Of a DNA stretch of 29,605 nucleotides, positions 16,555 to 25,503 are shown one piece after another. The stretch lies in IMG/VR virus record IMGVR_UViG_2547132415_000023; one strand, 5' to 3'. The translations under genes and the position numbers were made by a program. This DNA is from a virus. Its lineage: Duplodnaviria; Heunggongvirae; Uroviricota; Caudoviricetes. A model generated the notes under the pieces. The model was not told the origin of the DNA and made no database searches. It saw only the letters and a program-made list of their open reading frames with translations. Positions within the stretch are counted from its first letter, which is position 1; the number at the start of each line of letters is the position of its first letter.

Positions 16555-16757
16555 TGAAAGTCTACGCGATGCAGGGCGACACCCTCGACGCGCTTTGCGC
16601 CCGGTATTACGGGCGCACTGAGGGCGTGGTCGAGACGGTGCTGCAGGCTAATCCCGGTCTGTCTGAGCTGGGCGTCATTCTGCCGCATGGCACGGCGATT
16701 GACCTGCCCGACGTGGCATCGTCACCCGTAACAGAAACTATCAACCTTTGGGAGTAA
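16554..16757 (+). CDS. X: Tail protein gpX (LysM-like)
   Basis: 67 aa from ATG 16554 (overlaps L stop as TGATG): MKVYAMQGDTLDALCARYYGRTEG..., a LysM-like motif. Size matches P2 X. Confidence 0.7.
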   Translation: MKVYAMQGDTLDALCARYYGRTEGVVETVLQANPGLSELGVILPHGTAIDLPDVASSPVTETINLWE

Positions 16758-16760
16758 ACC

Positions 16761-17057
16761 ATGACAGAAGGGGAAAAAGGCGTCCTGTCACTGTTTGTGA
16801 TTGGCGTGATGATTGTTGTCGGAAAAGTGCTGGCGGGTGGTGAGCCCATTACCCCGCGCCTGTTTATCGGCCGCATGCTGCTCGGCGGTTTTGTTTCAAT
16901 GGTCGCCGGTGTTGTTCTGGTGCAGTTTCCAGATATGTCACTGCCTGCCGTTTGTGGGATTGGATCCATGCTCGGCATTGCAGGTTATCAGGTGGTGGAA
17001 ATCGCCATTCAGCGCCGCTTTAAGTCACAACAGGGGGATAGCGATGCCGGTCATTAA
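16761..17057 (+). CDS. Y: Holin
   Basis: 98 aa with 2-3 hydrophobic TM segments and a charged C-terminus; position before the endolysin. Confidence 0.7.
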   Translation: MTEGEKGVLSLFVIGVMIVVGKVLAGGEPITPRLFIGRMLLGGFVSMVAGVVLVQFPDMSLPAVCGIGSMLGIAGYQVVEIAIQRRFKSQQGDSDAGH

Positions 17058-17541
17058 TACTCACCAGAATATCGCCGCATTTCTGGACATGCTGGCCTAT
17101 TCCGAAGGGACGGCGACGCATCCGCTGACGAAAAATCGTGGTTACGACGTCATTGTCACTGGCCTTGATGGCAAGCCGGAAATTTTCACCGACTACACCG
17201 ACCACCCTTTCGCACATGGCAGACCAGCGAAAGTGTTTAATCGACGCGGCGAAAAATCCACGGCATCAGGGCGTTACCAGCAGCTTTATCTCTACTGGCC
17301 GCACTATCAGAAACAACTCGCATTGCCTGATTTCAGCCCGTTGTCGCAGGACAAACTTGCGATTCAGTTAATCCGCGAACGCGGTGCCATTGAGGATATT
17401 AAGGCGGGGCGTATTGAGCGGGCAATTTCACGGTGCCGCAATATCTGGGCGTCGTTACCGGGTGCCGGTTACGGCCAACGTGAGCACAGCCTCGACAAAC
17501 TGGTCACCGTATGGCGCACCGCTGGCGGGGTAATGGAATGA
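17044..17541 (+). CDS. K: Endolysin (lambda R-like lytic transglycosylase/lysozyme family)
   Basis: Start trimmed to ATG 17044 (MPVINTHQNIAAFLDMLAYSEGT...); the AYSEGT motif is typical of this endolysin family. 165 aa. Confidence 0.85.
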   Translation: MPVINTHQNIAAFLDMLAYSEGTATHPLTKNRGYDVIVTGLDGKPEIFTDYTDHPFAHGRPAKVFNRRGEKSTASGRYQQLYLYWPHYQKQLALPDFSPLSQDKLAIQLIRERGAIEDIKAGRIERAISRCRNIWASLPGAGYGQREHSLDKLVTVWRTAGGVME

Positions 17542-17951
17542 AAATCCTGATTACACTTCTGGTGCTGACTGTGCTCGGGATGTTGTGGTTGCGCCATGAG
17601 AACGGCAATTTATCCCGCTCCTTTGAGACAGCAAACCGCGTCGCGAGCGAACAAAAGACGACGATTGGCATGCTGAAAAATCAGCTCAGTGTTGCCGGTC
17701 AGCTTGCCAGACGTAATGAATCTGCGCAGGTGGCACTGCGTGAACAGCTCGCAAAGGCCAGCGAGGAAGCCAGCCGCCGCGAGCAATCAATAACGAGGTT
17801 ACTTAATGAAAATGAAGCCTTTCGCCGCTGGTATAACGCTGCTTTACCTGATGTTGTGCGTCGGTTGCACATCCGCACCGCCTGCGCCAGCGCCGGTGAT
17901 TGTGGTCAACGGATGCCCGAGAGTGAGCCTTTGCCCGATGCCGGGAAGTGA
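17538..17951 (+). CDS. lysB: i-spanin (Rz-like, LysB)
   Basis: MKILITLLVLTVLGMLWL N-terminal TM anchor followed by a charged, coiled-coil-like periplasmic domain; contains the o-spanin gene in another frame. Confidence 0.65.
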   Translation: MKILITLLVLTVLGMLWLRHENGNLSRSFETANRVASEQKTTIGMLKNQLSVAGQLARRNESAQVALREQLAKASEEASRREQSITRLLNENEAFRRWYNAALPDVVRRLHIRTACASAGDCGQRMPESEPLPDAGK

Positions 17952-18096
17952 CCCGAAAACCAATGGTGACCTGAGCGCAGATATCCGCCGCCTTGAGGGC
18001 GCGCTGATCGCCTGCGCGCTACAGGTCAAAACCGTCAAACACTGTCAGGATGAACTCGATGCAGAAGCACAAAAGCCTGCGCAAAGCGCTGATTAA
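17806..18096 (+). CDS. lysC: o-spanin (Rz1-like lipoprotein, LysC)
   Basis: Signal peptide with lipobox-like LCVGC, Pro-rich mature region, begins inside lysB in a different frame. Confidence 0.65.
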   Translation: MKMKPFAAGITLLYLMLCVGCTSAPPAPAPVIVVNGCPRVSLCPMPGSDPKTNGDLSADIRRLEGALIACALQVKTVKHCQDELDAEAQKPAQSAD

Positions 18097-18526
18097 CGCC
18101 GTGCCGCAGCTCCGAAACAACCCCGATATGCTGCGCCTTTTTGCCGACAACGGCCATACCGATTCCAGACTGGCGAGCTCGCTGTCGTTTGAAAAGGTGT
18201 ACGTGCTTAACGTGGTGGTGACCGACTTCACCGGTGACCTTGATTTGATATTCGTGCCGGTGCAGGCGTGGCTGCGTGAACATCAGCCGGACATTATGAC
18301 CACCGACGACGGGCGGGAAAAAGGATTCACCTGGATTATTGATATCAATAACGACGATTCGCTCGATATCAGTATCAGCCTGAGGCTCACCGAGCGCACG
18401 CTCGTCAAAGAGGTCGACGGCGCGCTGCATGTCAGCTATGCCCCTGAGCCGCCGCTGCCTGAGCCGGTGACGCGCCCGGTCGAGCTGTACGTTAACGGCG
18501 AACTGGTGAGTAAGTGGGATGAGTGA
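18050..18526 (+). CDS. R: Tail completion protein gpR
   Basis: 158 aa in the conserved P2 position after the lysis genes; the start may be the ATG at 18059. Confidence 0.7.
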   Translation: MNSMQKHKSLRKALINAVPQLRNNPDMLRLFADNGHTDSRLASSLSFEKVYVLNVVVTDFTGDLDLIFVPVQAWLREHQPDIMTTDDGREKGFTWIIDINNDDSLDISISLRLTERTLVKEVDGALHVSYAPEPPLPEPVTRPVELYVNGELVSKWDE

Positions 18527-18968
18527 GTTAACCGCACTGCAGGAACGCCTTGCCGGTCTGATTGCCAGCCTGTCACCGGCGGCGCGTCGGCAAATGGCGG
18601 CTGAGATTGCGAAAAAGCTGCGTACCAGTCAGCAACAGCGTATCAAGCGCCAGCAGGCACCAGACGGCACCCCGTATGCGGCACGAAAGCGCCAGCCGGT
18701 GAGGAGCAAGAAAGGTCGGATTAAACGTGAAATGTTCGCCAAACTGCGCACCAGTCGCTTTATGAAAGCCAAAGGCAGCGACAGTGCGGCGGTGGTGGAG
18801 TTTACCGGCAAGGTGCAGCGCATGGCGCGGGTGCATCAGTACGGGCTCAAAGACAGACCAAACCGCAACAGCCGGGATGTGCAGTACGAGGCGCGCCCGT
18901 TACTCGGTTTCACCCGCGACGATGAGCAGATGATTGAAGACGTCATTATCAGGCATCTCGGCAAATAA
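18519..18968 (+). CDS. S: Tail completion / virion morphogenesis protein gpS
   Basis: 149 aa, overlaps the R stop; P2 synteny. Confidence 0.75.
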   Translation: MSELTALQERLAGLIASLSPAARRQMAAEIAKKLRTSQQQRIKRQQAPDGTPYAARKRQPVRSKKGRIKREMFAKLRTSRFMKAKGSDSAAVVEFTGKVQRMARVHQYGLKDRPNRNSRDVQYEARPLLGFTRDDEQMIEDVIIRHLGK

Positions 18969-19036
18969 ATATTGTGTGAACCACCACCGGAGCCGCGCGA
19001 ATTGGCGCGACTCCAGACCAGAGGCATCCTTGCACT

Positions 19037-19672
19037 ATGAATACGTTATCCACGATACAGGAGCTCGCGCGCGCGATTCGCAACCTCATCCGCTCAGGTG
19101 TGGTGACTGAGGTTGATACCGTGCAGGGGCTGTGCCGCGTACAAAGCGGCGGGATCCAGACTACATGGCTGAACTGGCTGACCACCCGCGCCGGTCGTTC
19201 GCGGACGTGGTGGGCTCCCTCGGTCGGTGAGCAGGTTCTGCTGCTGGCAATCGGTGGCGAGCTTGATACCGCTTTCGTGCTGCCGGGTATTTTCTCCGAC
19301 GATAACCCCGCCCCGTCTGCCTCGGCGGATGCGTGGCATGTGGCTTTCCCTGATGGTGCGGTCATTGAGTACGAGCCCGAGACCGGCGCGCTGACGGTCA
19401 GCGGTATCAAAACTGCCGACGTGACGGCATCGGAGTCCATCACTGCAACCGTACCGCTGGTACTGGTGAAAGCCTCGACCAGTATCACCCTCGACACCCC
19501 GGAGGTGATTTGCACCAATAAGCTGACGACAGCGACGCTTGAGGTACAAAAAGGCGGCAAGATGAGCGGCAATATCGAACATACCGGCGGGTCACTGTCG
19601 TCTAATGGCAAGGTACTCCACACCCATAAACACCCAGGCGACAGCGGCGGGCAAACGGGGGCACCGTTATGA
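19037..19672 (+). CDS. V: Baseplate spike protein gpV
   Basis: 211 aa, same size as P2 V; first gene of the baseplate operon. Confidence 0.85.
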   Translation: MNTLSTIQELARAIRNLIRSGVVTEVDTVQGLCRVQSGGIQTTWLNWLTTRAGRSRTWWAPSVGEQVLLLAIGGELDTAFVLPGIFSDDNPAPSASADAWHVAFPDGAVIEYEPETGALTVSGIKTADVTASESITATVPLVLVKASTSITLDTPEVICTNKLTTATLEVQKGGKMSGNIEHTGGSLSSNGKVLHTHKHPGDSGGQTGAPL

Positions 19673-20016
19673 CGGCGCGCTATCAGGGTATGAACCGAAA
19701 TACCGGCCTCGGCATCAGCGACACTGAGCACATCAGCCAGAGCATGCGCGACATACTGCTGACGCCGGTCGGCTCGCGGGTGATGCGCCGTGAATATGGC
19801 TCGCTTCTGTCGGCACTGATTGATATGCCGCAAAACCCGGCGCTCAGGCTGCAAATTATGGTGGCGTGCTATTCGGCTATCCAGAAGTGGGAGCCGCGCA
19901 TCAGGCTTACCTCCATCAACTTTGAGACCGGCGACGATGGCGAAATGTATGTCGATATTACCGGGATGCGTACCGATACCGGTGCGTCAGTTTCAACCAC
20001 TGTTTCACTGAGTTAA
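19669..20016 (+). CDS. W: Baseplate wedge protein gpW (gp25-like)
   Basis: 115 aa, same size as P2 W; overlaps the V stop. Confidence 0.85.
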   Translation: MTARYQGMNRNTGLGISDTEHISQSMRDILLTPVGSRVMRREYGSLLSALIDMPQNPALRLQIMVACYSAIQKWEPRIRLTSINFETGDDGEMYVDITGMRTDTGASVSTTVSLS

Positions 20017-20022
20017 ATCACT

Positions 20023-20931
20023 ATGGCAACCGTTGACCTGAGTCAGTTACCCGTTCCCGATGTGGTTGAGGAACTGGACTATGAAACTATCCTTGCGGAA
20101 CGCATTGCGACGCTGATTTCGCTCTATCCCGAAGACCAGCAGGAGGCCATTGCCCGGACGCTCACACTTGAGTCAGAGCCGATTGTTAAGCTGCTGCAGG
20201 AAAACGCCTACCGTGAAGTTATCTGGCGTCAGCGGGTGAACGAAGCCGCGCAGGCGGTGACGCTGGCCTACTCCGCCGGTAACGACCTCGACGTCGTAGC
20301 CGGGAACAATAATACCGAACGCCTGACCATCACCCCGGCGGATGATACCACCATCCCGCCGACACCTGCCGTTATGGAATCTGATACCGACCTGCGACTG
20401 CGCACGCAACAGGCGTTTGAGGGATTGAGCGTGGCGGGTCCGGTCGGTGCATATGAGTATCACGGCCGCAGCGCCGACGGGCGGGTCGCTGACGTTTCGG
20501 TCGCCAGCCCGTCGCCAGCCTGCGTGACGATTACCGTGCTATCGCGTGAAGGGGACGGCACTGCCAGCCCTGAGCTACTGGCGATTGTTGATAAAGCGCT
20601 GAACGCCGAAGATGTGCGCCCGGTAGCTGACCGGGTGACCGTCCAGTCAGCCGAGATTGTGCCGTACCAGATTGACGCGACGATCTACGTTTACCCCGGC
20701 CCCGAATCTGAACCCATCAGGCAGGCGTCAGAGCAGAAGTTGCAGAGCTACATCAGCGCGCAGCACCGCCTCGGGCGTGATATCCGTCTGTCAGCCATTT
20801 ATGCGGCGCTGCATGTTGAGGGGGTGCAGCGTGTCGAGCTGACATCACCGCAGGCCGACATAGTGCTGAGTAAGTCGCAGGCGTCGAACTGTACCGAGTA
20901 CCAGATAACTATCGGGGGCTCGGATGAATGA
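20023..20931 (+). CDS. J: Baseplate protein gpJ
   Basis: 302 aa, same size as P2 J. Confidence 0.85.
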   Translation: MATVDLSQLPVPDVVEELDYETILAERIATLISLYPEDQQEAIARTLTLESEPIVKLLQENAYREVIWRQRVNEAAQAVTLAYSAGNDLDVVAGNNNTERLTITPADDTTIPPTPAVMESDTDLRLRTQQAFEGLSVAGPVGAYEYHGRSADGRVADVSVASPSPACVTITVLSREGDGTASPELLAIVDKALNAEDVRPVADRVTVQSAEIVPYQIDATIYVYPGPESEPIRQASEQKLQSYISAQHRLGRDIRLSAIYAALHVEGVQRVELTSPQADIVLSKSQASNCTEYQITIGGSDE

Positions 20932-21532
20932 CCGGCTATTACCCGTTGGCTCGTCGCCGCTGGAGGTCGCCGCCGCCGCTGCGTTCTCTGAGATTCAGCG
21001 CGTGCCGGTACCGCTGCGCACCCTGTGGAACTGGCGCACCTGCCCGGTAAAGCTGCTGCCGTATCTGGCGTGGGCGCTGTCGGTCGACAGGTGGGATGAG
21101 AAATGGCCGGAGGCGACAAAGCGCAGCGTCTGCGCGTCCTCGTTTTTCGTCCATCAGCACAAAGGCACCATCAGCGCATTGCGTCGAGTCGTCGAGCCGC
21201 TCGGCTTTCTGATTGAGGTGCGCGAGTGGTGGCAACTCGACGAGGAGCCAGGCACATTCCGCCTCGTTGTTGGCGTCCTCGACAGCGGCATCACTGACGA
21301 AATGTATCAAGAGCTTGAGCGCCTGATTGAAGACGCCAAACCGGCAAGTCGCCACCTGACCGGGCTGGCTATCAGTCTGAGCTCGACCGGCGAACTGTAT
21401 GTCGGCGCGGGATGCTATCACGGCGACGCGCTGACTGTTTACCCCTACACCCCCGAGGAGATTGTCGTCGGCGGTGAATATTACCCGGCCTCGGCCATCC
21501 ATTTGATTGATAACCTGAGAGTGAACGCATGA
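20924..21532 (+). CDS. I: Baseplate/tail protein gpI
   Basis: 202 aa, overlaps J and H ends; P2 synteny. Confidence 0.8.
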   Translation: MNDRLLPVGSSPLEVAAAAAFSEIQRVPVPLRTLWNWRTCPVKLLPYLAWALSVDRWDEKWPEATKRSVCASSFFVHQHKGTISALRRVVEPLGFLIEVREWWQLDEEPGTFRLVVGVLDSGITDEMYQELERLIEDAKPASRHLTGLAISLSSTGELYVGAGCYHGDALTVYPYTPEEIVVGGEYYPASAIHLIDNLRVNA

Positions 21533-22512
21533 CCGCAAAATATTTTGCCATTCTGACCAATCAGGGCGCGGCGCGGCTGGCGAACGCGGCGGCACTCGGT
21601 ACCAAACTCAACCTGACGCAGATGGCCGTCGGTGATGCGAATGGTACGTTGCCGACCCCTGACCCGGCGCAGACGAAGCTCATTAACCAGAAACGCATCG
21701 CGCCGCTGAACCTGCTGACCGTTGACCCGGCCAATACCAGTCAGATTATCGCGGAACAGATTATTCCCGAGAATGAAGGTGGTTTCTGGATCCGCGAGAT
21801 TGGTCTCTATGACGATGATGGTATTCTGATTGCCGTGGCGAACTGTCCGGAGACCTACAAGCCACAACTGCAGGAGGGAAGCGGTCGCACGCAGACCATT
21901 CGCATGATTCTGATTGTGTCGAGCACATCGGCAATTACCCTGAAAATCGACCCGGCAGTCGTGCTGGCAACGCGCCAGTATGTCGACGATAAGGTTATCG
22001 AGGTGAAAGCCTATGCTGATAGTCTGCTGGCCGCGCACCTCGCCGCTGCTGACCCGCATTCGCAGTACCTCAAAACGGCGGATATTGATAAATATATTCC
22101 GGTCGGCTTTCCGCTGCCGTGGCCGCAGGCAACTCCGCCGAGTGGCTGGCTGAAATGCAACGGTGCGGCTTTTGACAAGGCGAAATATCCAAAGCTGGCC
22201 GTCGCTTATCCATCAGGTAATCTGCCTGATTTGCGTGCTGAATTTATCCGTGGGTGGGACGATGGTCGAGGGGTCGATGCGGGCCGAATTTTGCTAAGTC
22301 AGCAAGGAGCCACAGCATTTACTGAATATCATGGGGACGGAGCAACAGGGCAACCACCTCGAAATTATTACACCAATCAGGACTTTGTCAGCTATGCCGG
22401 TACTGGGTTTACTGCTTTTGGTGGAACTGATGTTCGAAAAGACGGAATCACCAATTATATTGGTGTTCGCCCGCGCAACATTGCATTTAACTACATCGTG
22501 AGGGCGGCATAA
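21529..22512 (+). CDS. H: Tail fibre protein gpH (short form)
   Basis: 327 aa with the conserved tail-fibre N-terminus MTAKYFAILTNQGAARLANA. Much shorter than P2 H (~670 aa); the last ~80 codons have lower GC. Confidence 0.8.
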   Translation: MTAKYFAILTNQGAARLANAAALGTKLNLTQMAVGDANGTLPTPDPAQTKLINQKRIAPLNLLTVDPANTSQIIAEQIIPENEGGFWIREIGLYDDDGILIAVANCPETYKPQLQEGSGRTQTIRMILIVSSTSAITLKIDPAVVLATRQYVDDKVIEVKAYADSLLAAHLAAADPHSQYLKTADIDKYIPVGFPLPWPQATPPSGWLKCNGAAFDKAKYPKLAVAYPSGNLPDLRAEFIRGWDDGRGVDAGRILLSQQGATAFTEYHGDGATGQPPRNYYTNQDFVSYAGTGFTAFGGTDVRKDGITNYIGVRPRNIAFNYIVRAA

Positions 22513-23108
22513 TGGCAAAAGCGACACTAAACAAAAACGGCATTGCCACAAAAGCTGGTGATATGACCGTCTATAACTTTGATGGCGAGACGCGCGAATA
22601 TTTATCGGCATCCGTGGAGTTTCTCGCCGTCGGCGTAGGTATTCCTGCCAACTCCTGCACCGATGCTCCCGTCGACGCGAAAGATGGTTTTGCTGTGTGC
22701 CGCGCGACCAGTCTTGATGGGTGGGAATATGTTATCGACCATCGGGGCGAGACCGTGTATGACACTGAATCCGGCCAACCTGTCGAGATAAACGGGCTCG
22801 GTGATTACCCTGATAATATGACCACCATCAAACCGCTGACGACTTATGACCGCTGGAACGGTAGCGAATGGGTTACGGATGCGGATGCACAAAAAGGCGG
22901 TCAGGTTGCGGCAGCGCAACAGAAAAAAGCCTCGCTACTGGCCGAAGCGCAAAGCACCATTAGCCTGTGGCAGACCGAGCTGCAACTCGGCATCATCAGC
23001 GACGATGACAAGGCCAACCTGATTGCATGGATGAAATACATTCAGGCGCTGAACGCGGTCGACACATCAACAGCACCGGATATCGAGTGGCCGGTAAAAC
23101 CGGAATAA
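22512..23108 (+). CDS. G: Tail fibre assembly chaperone gpG
   Basis: 198 aa, starts at the TAATG overlap with H; lower-GC 5' part and a conserved-looking C-terminus. Confidence 0.8.
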   Translation: MAKATLNKNGIATKAGDMTVYNFDGETREYLSASVEFLAVGVGIPANSCTDAPVDAKDGFAVCRATSLDGWEYVIDHRGETVYDTESGQPVEINGLGDYPDNMTTIKPLTTYDRWNGSEWVTDADAQKGGQVAAAQQKKASLLAEAQSTISLWQTELQLGIISDDDKANLIAWMKYIQALNAVDTSTAPDIEWPVKPE

Positions 23109-23113
23109 CGCAA

Positions 23114-23137
23114 GGCGGGCTGATGCCCGTCTTTTTT
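23114..23137 (+). terminator. Rho-independent terminator after the tail-fibre operon
   Basis: GGCGGGC-TGAT-GCCCGTC stem-loop followed by TTTTTT, immediately after the G stop. Confidence 0.7.
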
Positions 23138-23239
23138 ATGATTTGTTTATGTGCCATCCCCTACCCATCGCCGATAAATAGCCCCTCAAAAGACCAGCCA
23201 GGACAATAACACTTGCCCACTAACCACGGAGTTAACCGG

Positions 23240-24418
23240 ATGAGTGATTTTCACCACGGCGTGCAGGTGCTTGAGATTAACGACGGCACCCGCGTCATTT
23301 CCACTGTTGCAACCGCAATCGTCGGCATGGTCTGTACAGCCAGCGATGCGGATGCGGCAACCTTTCCCCTCAACGAGCCGGTACTGATTACCAATGTGCA
23401 AAGCGCCATTGCGAAAGCCGGTAAAAAAGGCACTCTGGCCGCGTCCCTGCAGGCCATCGCCGACCAGTCAAAACCTGTCACAGTTGTCGTGCGTGTTGCC
23501 GAAGGTACCGGAGAAGACGCCGAAGCGCAGACCATTTCCAATATCATCGGCGGCACGGATGAGAACGGTAAATATACCGGCATCAAGGCGCTGTTGACTG
23601 CCGAAGCAGTCACCGGCGTTAAGCCGCGCATTCTCGGCGTGCCGGGTCTCGATACCAAAGAGGTCGCAGTCGCACTTGCTTCGGTCTGTATCAGCCTGCG
23701 CGCGTTTGGTTATGTCAGCGCATGGGGTTGTAAAACCATTTCCGAGGCGATGGCCTATCGCGAGAATTTCAGCCAGCGCGAGCTGATGGTCATCTGGCCT
23801 GATTTCCTTGCATGGGATACCACCACAAACGCCACCGCACCGGCATACGCAACTGCGCGCGCACTCGGCCTGCGTGCCTATATCGACCAGACCGTCGGCT
23901 GGCACAAAACCCTGTCTAACGTCGGCGTGCAGGGTGTTACCGGCATCAGTGCGTCAGTGTTTTGGGATTTGCAGGCATCCGGCACCGATGCTGATCTGCT
24001 CAACGAGGCCGGGGTCACGACACTGGTGCGTAAGGATGGCTTCCGCTTTTGGGGTAACCGCACCTGCTCTGATGACCCGCTTTTCCTGTTTGAGAACTAC
24101 ACCCGCACCGCGCAGGTGCTGGCCGACACGATGGCCGAGGCGCACATGTGGGCGGTCGATAAGCCCATCACCGCATCACTTATCCGTGACATTGTCGACG
24201 GCATTAACGCCAAATTCCGCGAGCTGAAATCAAACGGCTACATCGTGGACGGTGAATGCTGGTTCGACGAGGAATCGAACGATAAGGAAACCCTCAAGGC
24301 CGGGAAACTGTATATCGACTACGACTATACACCGGTTCCACCACTGGAAAGCCTAACCCTGCGCCAGCGTATCACCGATAAATATCTGGTGGATCTGGCC
24401 GAATCGGTCAACAGCTAA
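23240..24418 (+). CDS. FI: Tail sheath protein gpFI
   Basis: Start trimmed to ATG 23240 (MSDFHHGVQVLEINDG...), 392 aa, close to P2 FI (~396 aa). Confidence 0.9.
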   Translation: MSDFHHGVQVLEINDGTRVISTVATAIVGMVCTASDADAATFPLNEPVLITNVQSAIAKAGKKGTLAASLQAIADQSKPVTVVVRVAEGTGEDAEAQTISNIIGGTDENGKYTGIKALLTAEAVTGVKPRILGVPGLDTKEVAVALASVCISLRAFGYVSAWGCKTISEAMAYRENFSQRELMVIWPDFLAWDTTTNATAPAYATARALGLRAYIDQTVGWHKTLSNVGVQGVTGISASVFWDLQASGTDADLLNEAGVTTLVRKDGFRFWGNRTCSDDPLFLFENYTRTAQVLADTMAEAHMWAVDKPITASLIRDIVDGINAKFRELKSNGYIVDGECWFDEESNDKETLKAGKLYIDYDYTPVPPLESLTLRQRITDKYLVDLAESVNS

Positions 24419-24433
24419 GGAGCCTGAAACAAC

Positions 24434-24952
24434 ATGGCACTACCCCGCAAACTTAAATATCTGAACATGTTCAATGACGGCCTTAGCTACATGGGCGTTG
24501 TGGAATCCGTGACGCTGCCGAAGCTGACCCGCAAGCTCGAAAACTATCGCGGCGGCGGCATGAATGGCGCGGCGGCGATTGACCTTGGTCTCGACGATGA
24601 TGCGCTCACCGTCGAATGGTCTGTCGGTGGCCTGCCTGATGTGGCGCTGTGGGCGCAGTACGCCGCGCCGGGTGCTGACGCTGTGCCGTTGCGTTTTGCT
24701 GGCTCTTACCAACGTGACGACACTGGCGAAATCGTGGCGGTCGAGGTGGTCATGCGTGGCCGTCATAAAGAAATCGACGGCGGCGAGAATAAGCAGGGTG
24801 AAAACACCTCGACCAAACTGTCGACCGTATGCACCTATTACCGCCTCACGATTGATGGTAGCGACGTCATCGAAATCGACACCGTCAACATGGTTGAGAA
24901 GGTGAACGGCGTCGACCGTCTGGAACAGCACCGCCGCGCAATCGGGCTGTAA
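24434..24952 (+). CDS. FII: Tail tube protein gpFII
   Basis: 172 aa, same size as P2 FII, directly after FI. Confidence 0.85.
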   Translation: MALPRKLKYLNMFNDGLSYMGVVESVTLPKLTRKLENYRGGGMNGAAAIDLGLDDDALTVEWSVGGLPDVALWAQYAAPGADAVPLRFAGSYQRDDTGEIVAVEVVMRGRHKEIDGGENKQGENTSTKLSTVCTYYRLTIDGSDVIEIDTVNMVEKVNGVDRLEQHRRAIGL

Positions 24953-24960
24953 TTCCCTGA

Positions 24961-24989
24961 CCGGTCAGCACTGCTGGCCGGTTATTAAT
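24961..24989 (+). terminator. Stem-loop / partial terminator between FII and E
   Basis: CCGGTCAGC-ACT-GCTGGCCGG 9-bp stem (one G.U) followed by the U-rich TTATTAAT. Confidence 0.4.
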
Positions 24990-25015
24990 CCCCATTCAGA
25001 GCAGAGAAAAACATC

Positions 25016-25351
25016 ATGGCAAAAGCACCACGTAAAACCGCTGAATTTGTTGATATGGCTGGCAATGAAATTGACACCGTAAACCCGAACGTCGTGACCC
25101 TCGACAAGCCGATTAAGCGCGCCGGTCAGACGATTGATAAAGTCACACTGATTGAGCCGAACGCCGGTACCCTGCGCGGTGTCAGTCTGGCAGCGGTGGC
25201 GCAGTCCGAAGTCGATGCGCTGATTAAGGTATTGCCACGCATGACCTACCCCGCGCTTACGGCGCAGGAGCTTACCGCAATGAACCTGCCCGATATGCTG
25301 TCGCTGGCCGCTAAGGTGATTGGTTTTTTGTCACCGGCTTCGGCGGAGTAG
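25016..25351 (+). CDS. E: Tail assembly chaperone gpE
   Basis: 111 aa, between tube and tape-measure genes; contains the slippery heptamer near its 3' end. Confidence 0.8.
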   Translation: MAKAPRKTAEFVDMAGNEIDTVNPNVVTLDKPIKRAGQTIDKVTLIEPNAGTLRGVSLAAVAQSEVDALIKVLPRMTYPALTAQELTAMNLPDMLSLAAKVIGFLSPASAE

Positions 25352-25503
25352 ATTTCCCGCCCGACCTGTCGACCGATGACCTGATGGCGGATATCGCGGT
25401 GATATTCCACTGGCCGCTATCAGATCTCTATTCCCTGAGCCTGACCGAGCTCATCACATGGCGCGAAAAGGCGCTGCAGCGTAGCGGACACCACAATGAG
25501 TAA
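25016..25503 (+). CDS. Frameshift-extended tail chaperone gpE+E' (-1 shift near 25330)
   Basis: E N-terminus joined to the -1 frame ORF ending at 25503; its end overlaps the T start codon (25496). Confidence 0.65.
25324..25330 (+). promoter_or_regulatory. -1 programmed ribosomal frameshift slippery site T_TTT_TTG (E to E+E')
   Basis: In the E frame the codons are GGT TTT TTG (25322-25330). The -1 frame from this point is open to TAA 25501-25503 and encodes VTGFGGVDFPPDLSTDDLMADIAVIFHWPLSDLYSLSLTELITWREKALQRSGHHNE. Confidence 0.7.

Noticed and set aside
16813-17043. Upstream extension of the endolysin ORF (242 aa)
   Set aside because: Overlaps the holin in another frame; the ATG at 17044 gives a 165-aa lysozyme of normal size.
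18949-19854. 301-aa ORF on the minus strand across the S/V/W region
   Set aside because: Antisense to three conserved, syntenic baseplate/tail genes in GC-rich DNA where long spurious antisense ORFs are expected; no RBS context; Ser/Ala/Arg-rich low-complexity translation.
20939-22059. Minus-strand ORFs of 218 and 192 aa across gpI/gpH
   Set aside because: Antisense to the syntenic tail genes; GC-rich artefacts.
22294-22611. 105-aa minus-strand ORF spanning the H/G boundary; considered as a sign of an invertible tail-fibre segment
   Set aside because: No recombinase gene (Gin/Cin-like) and no inverted repeats flanking H/G; the ORF is antisense to coding sequence.
23109-23239. Looked for cargo genes at the G-FI junction (the Z/fun accessory locus of P2)
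   Set aside because: Only 130 bp with a terminator and the FI RBS; no ORF, so this hotspot is empty here.
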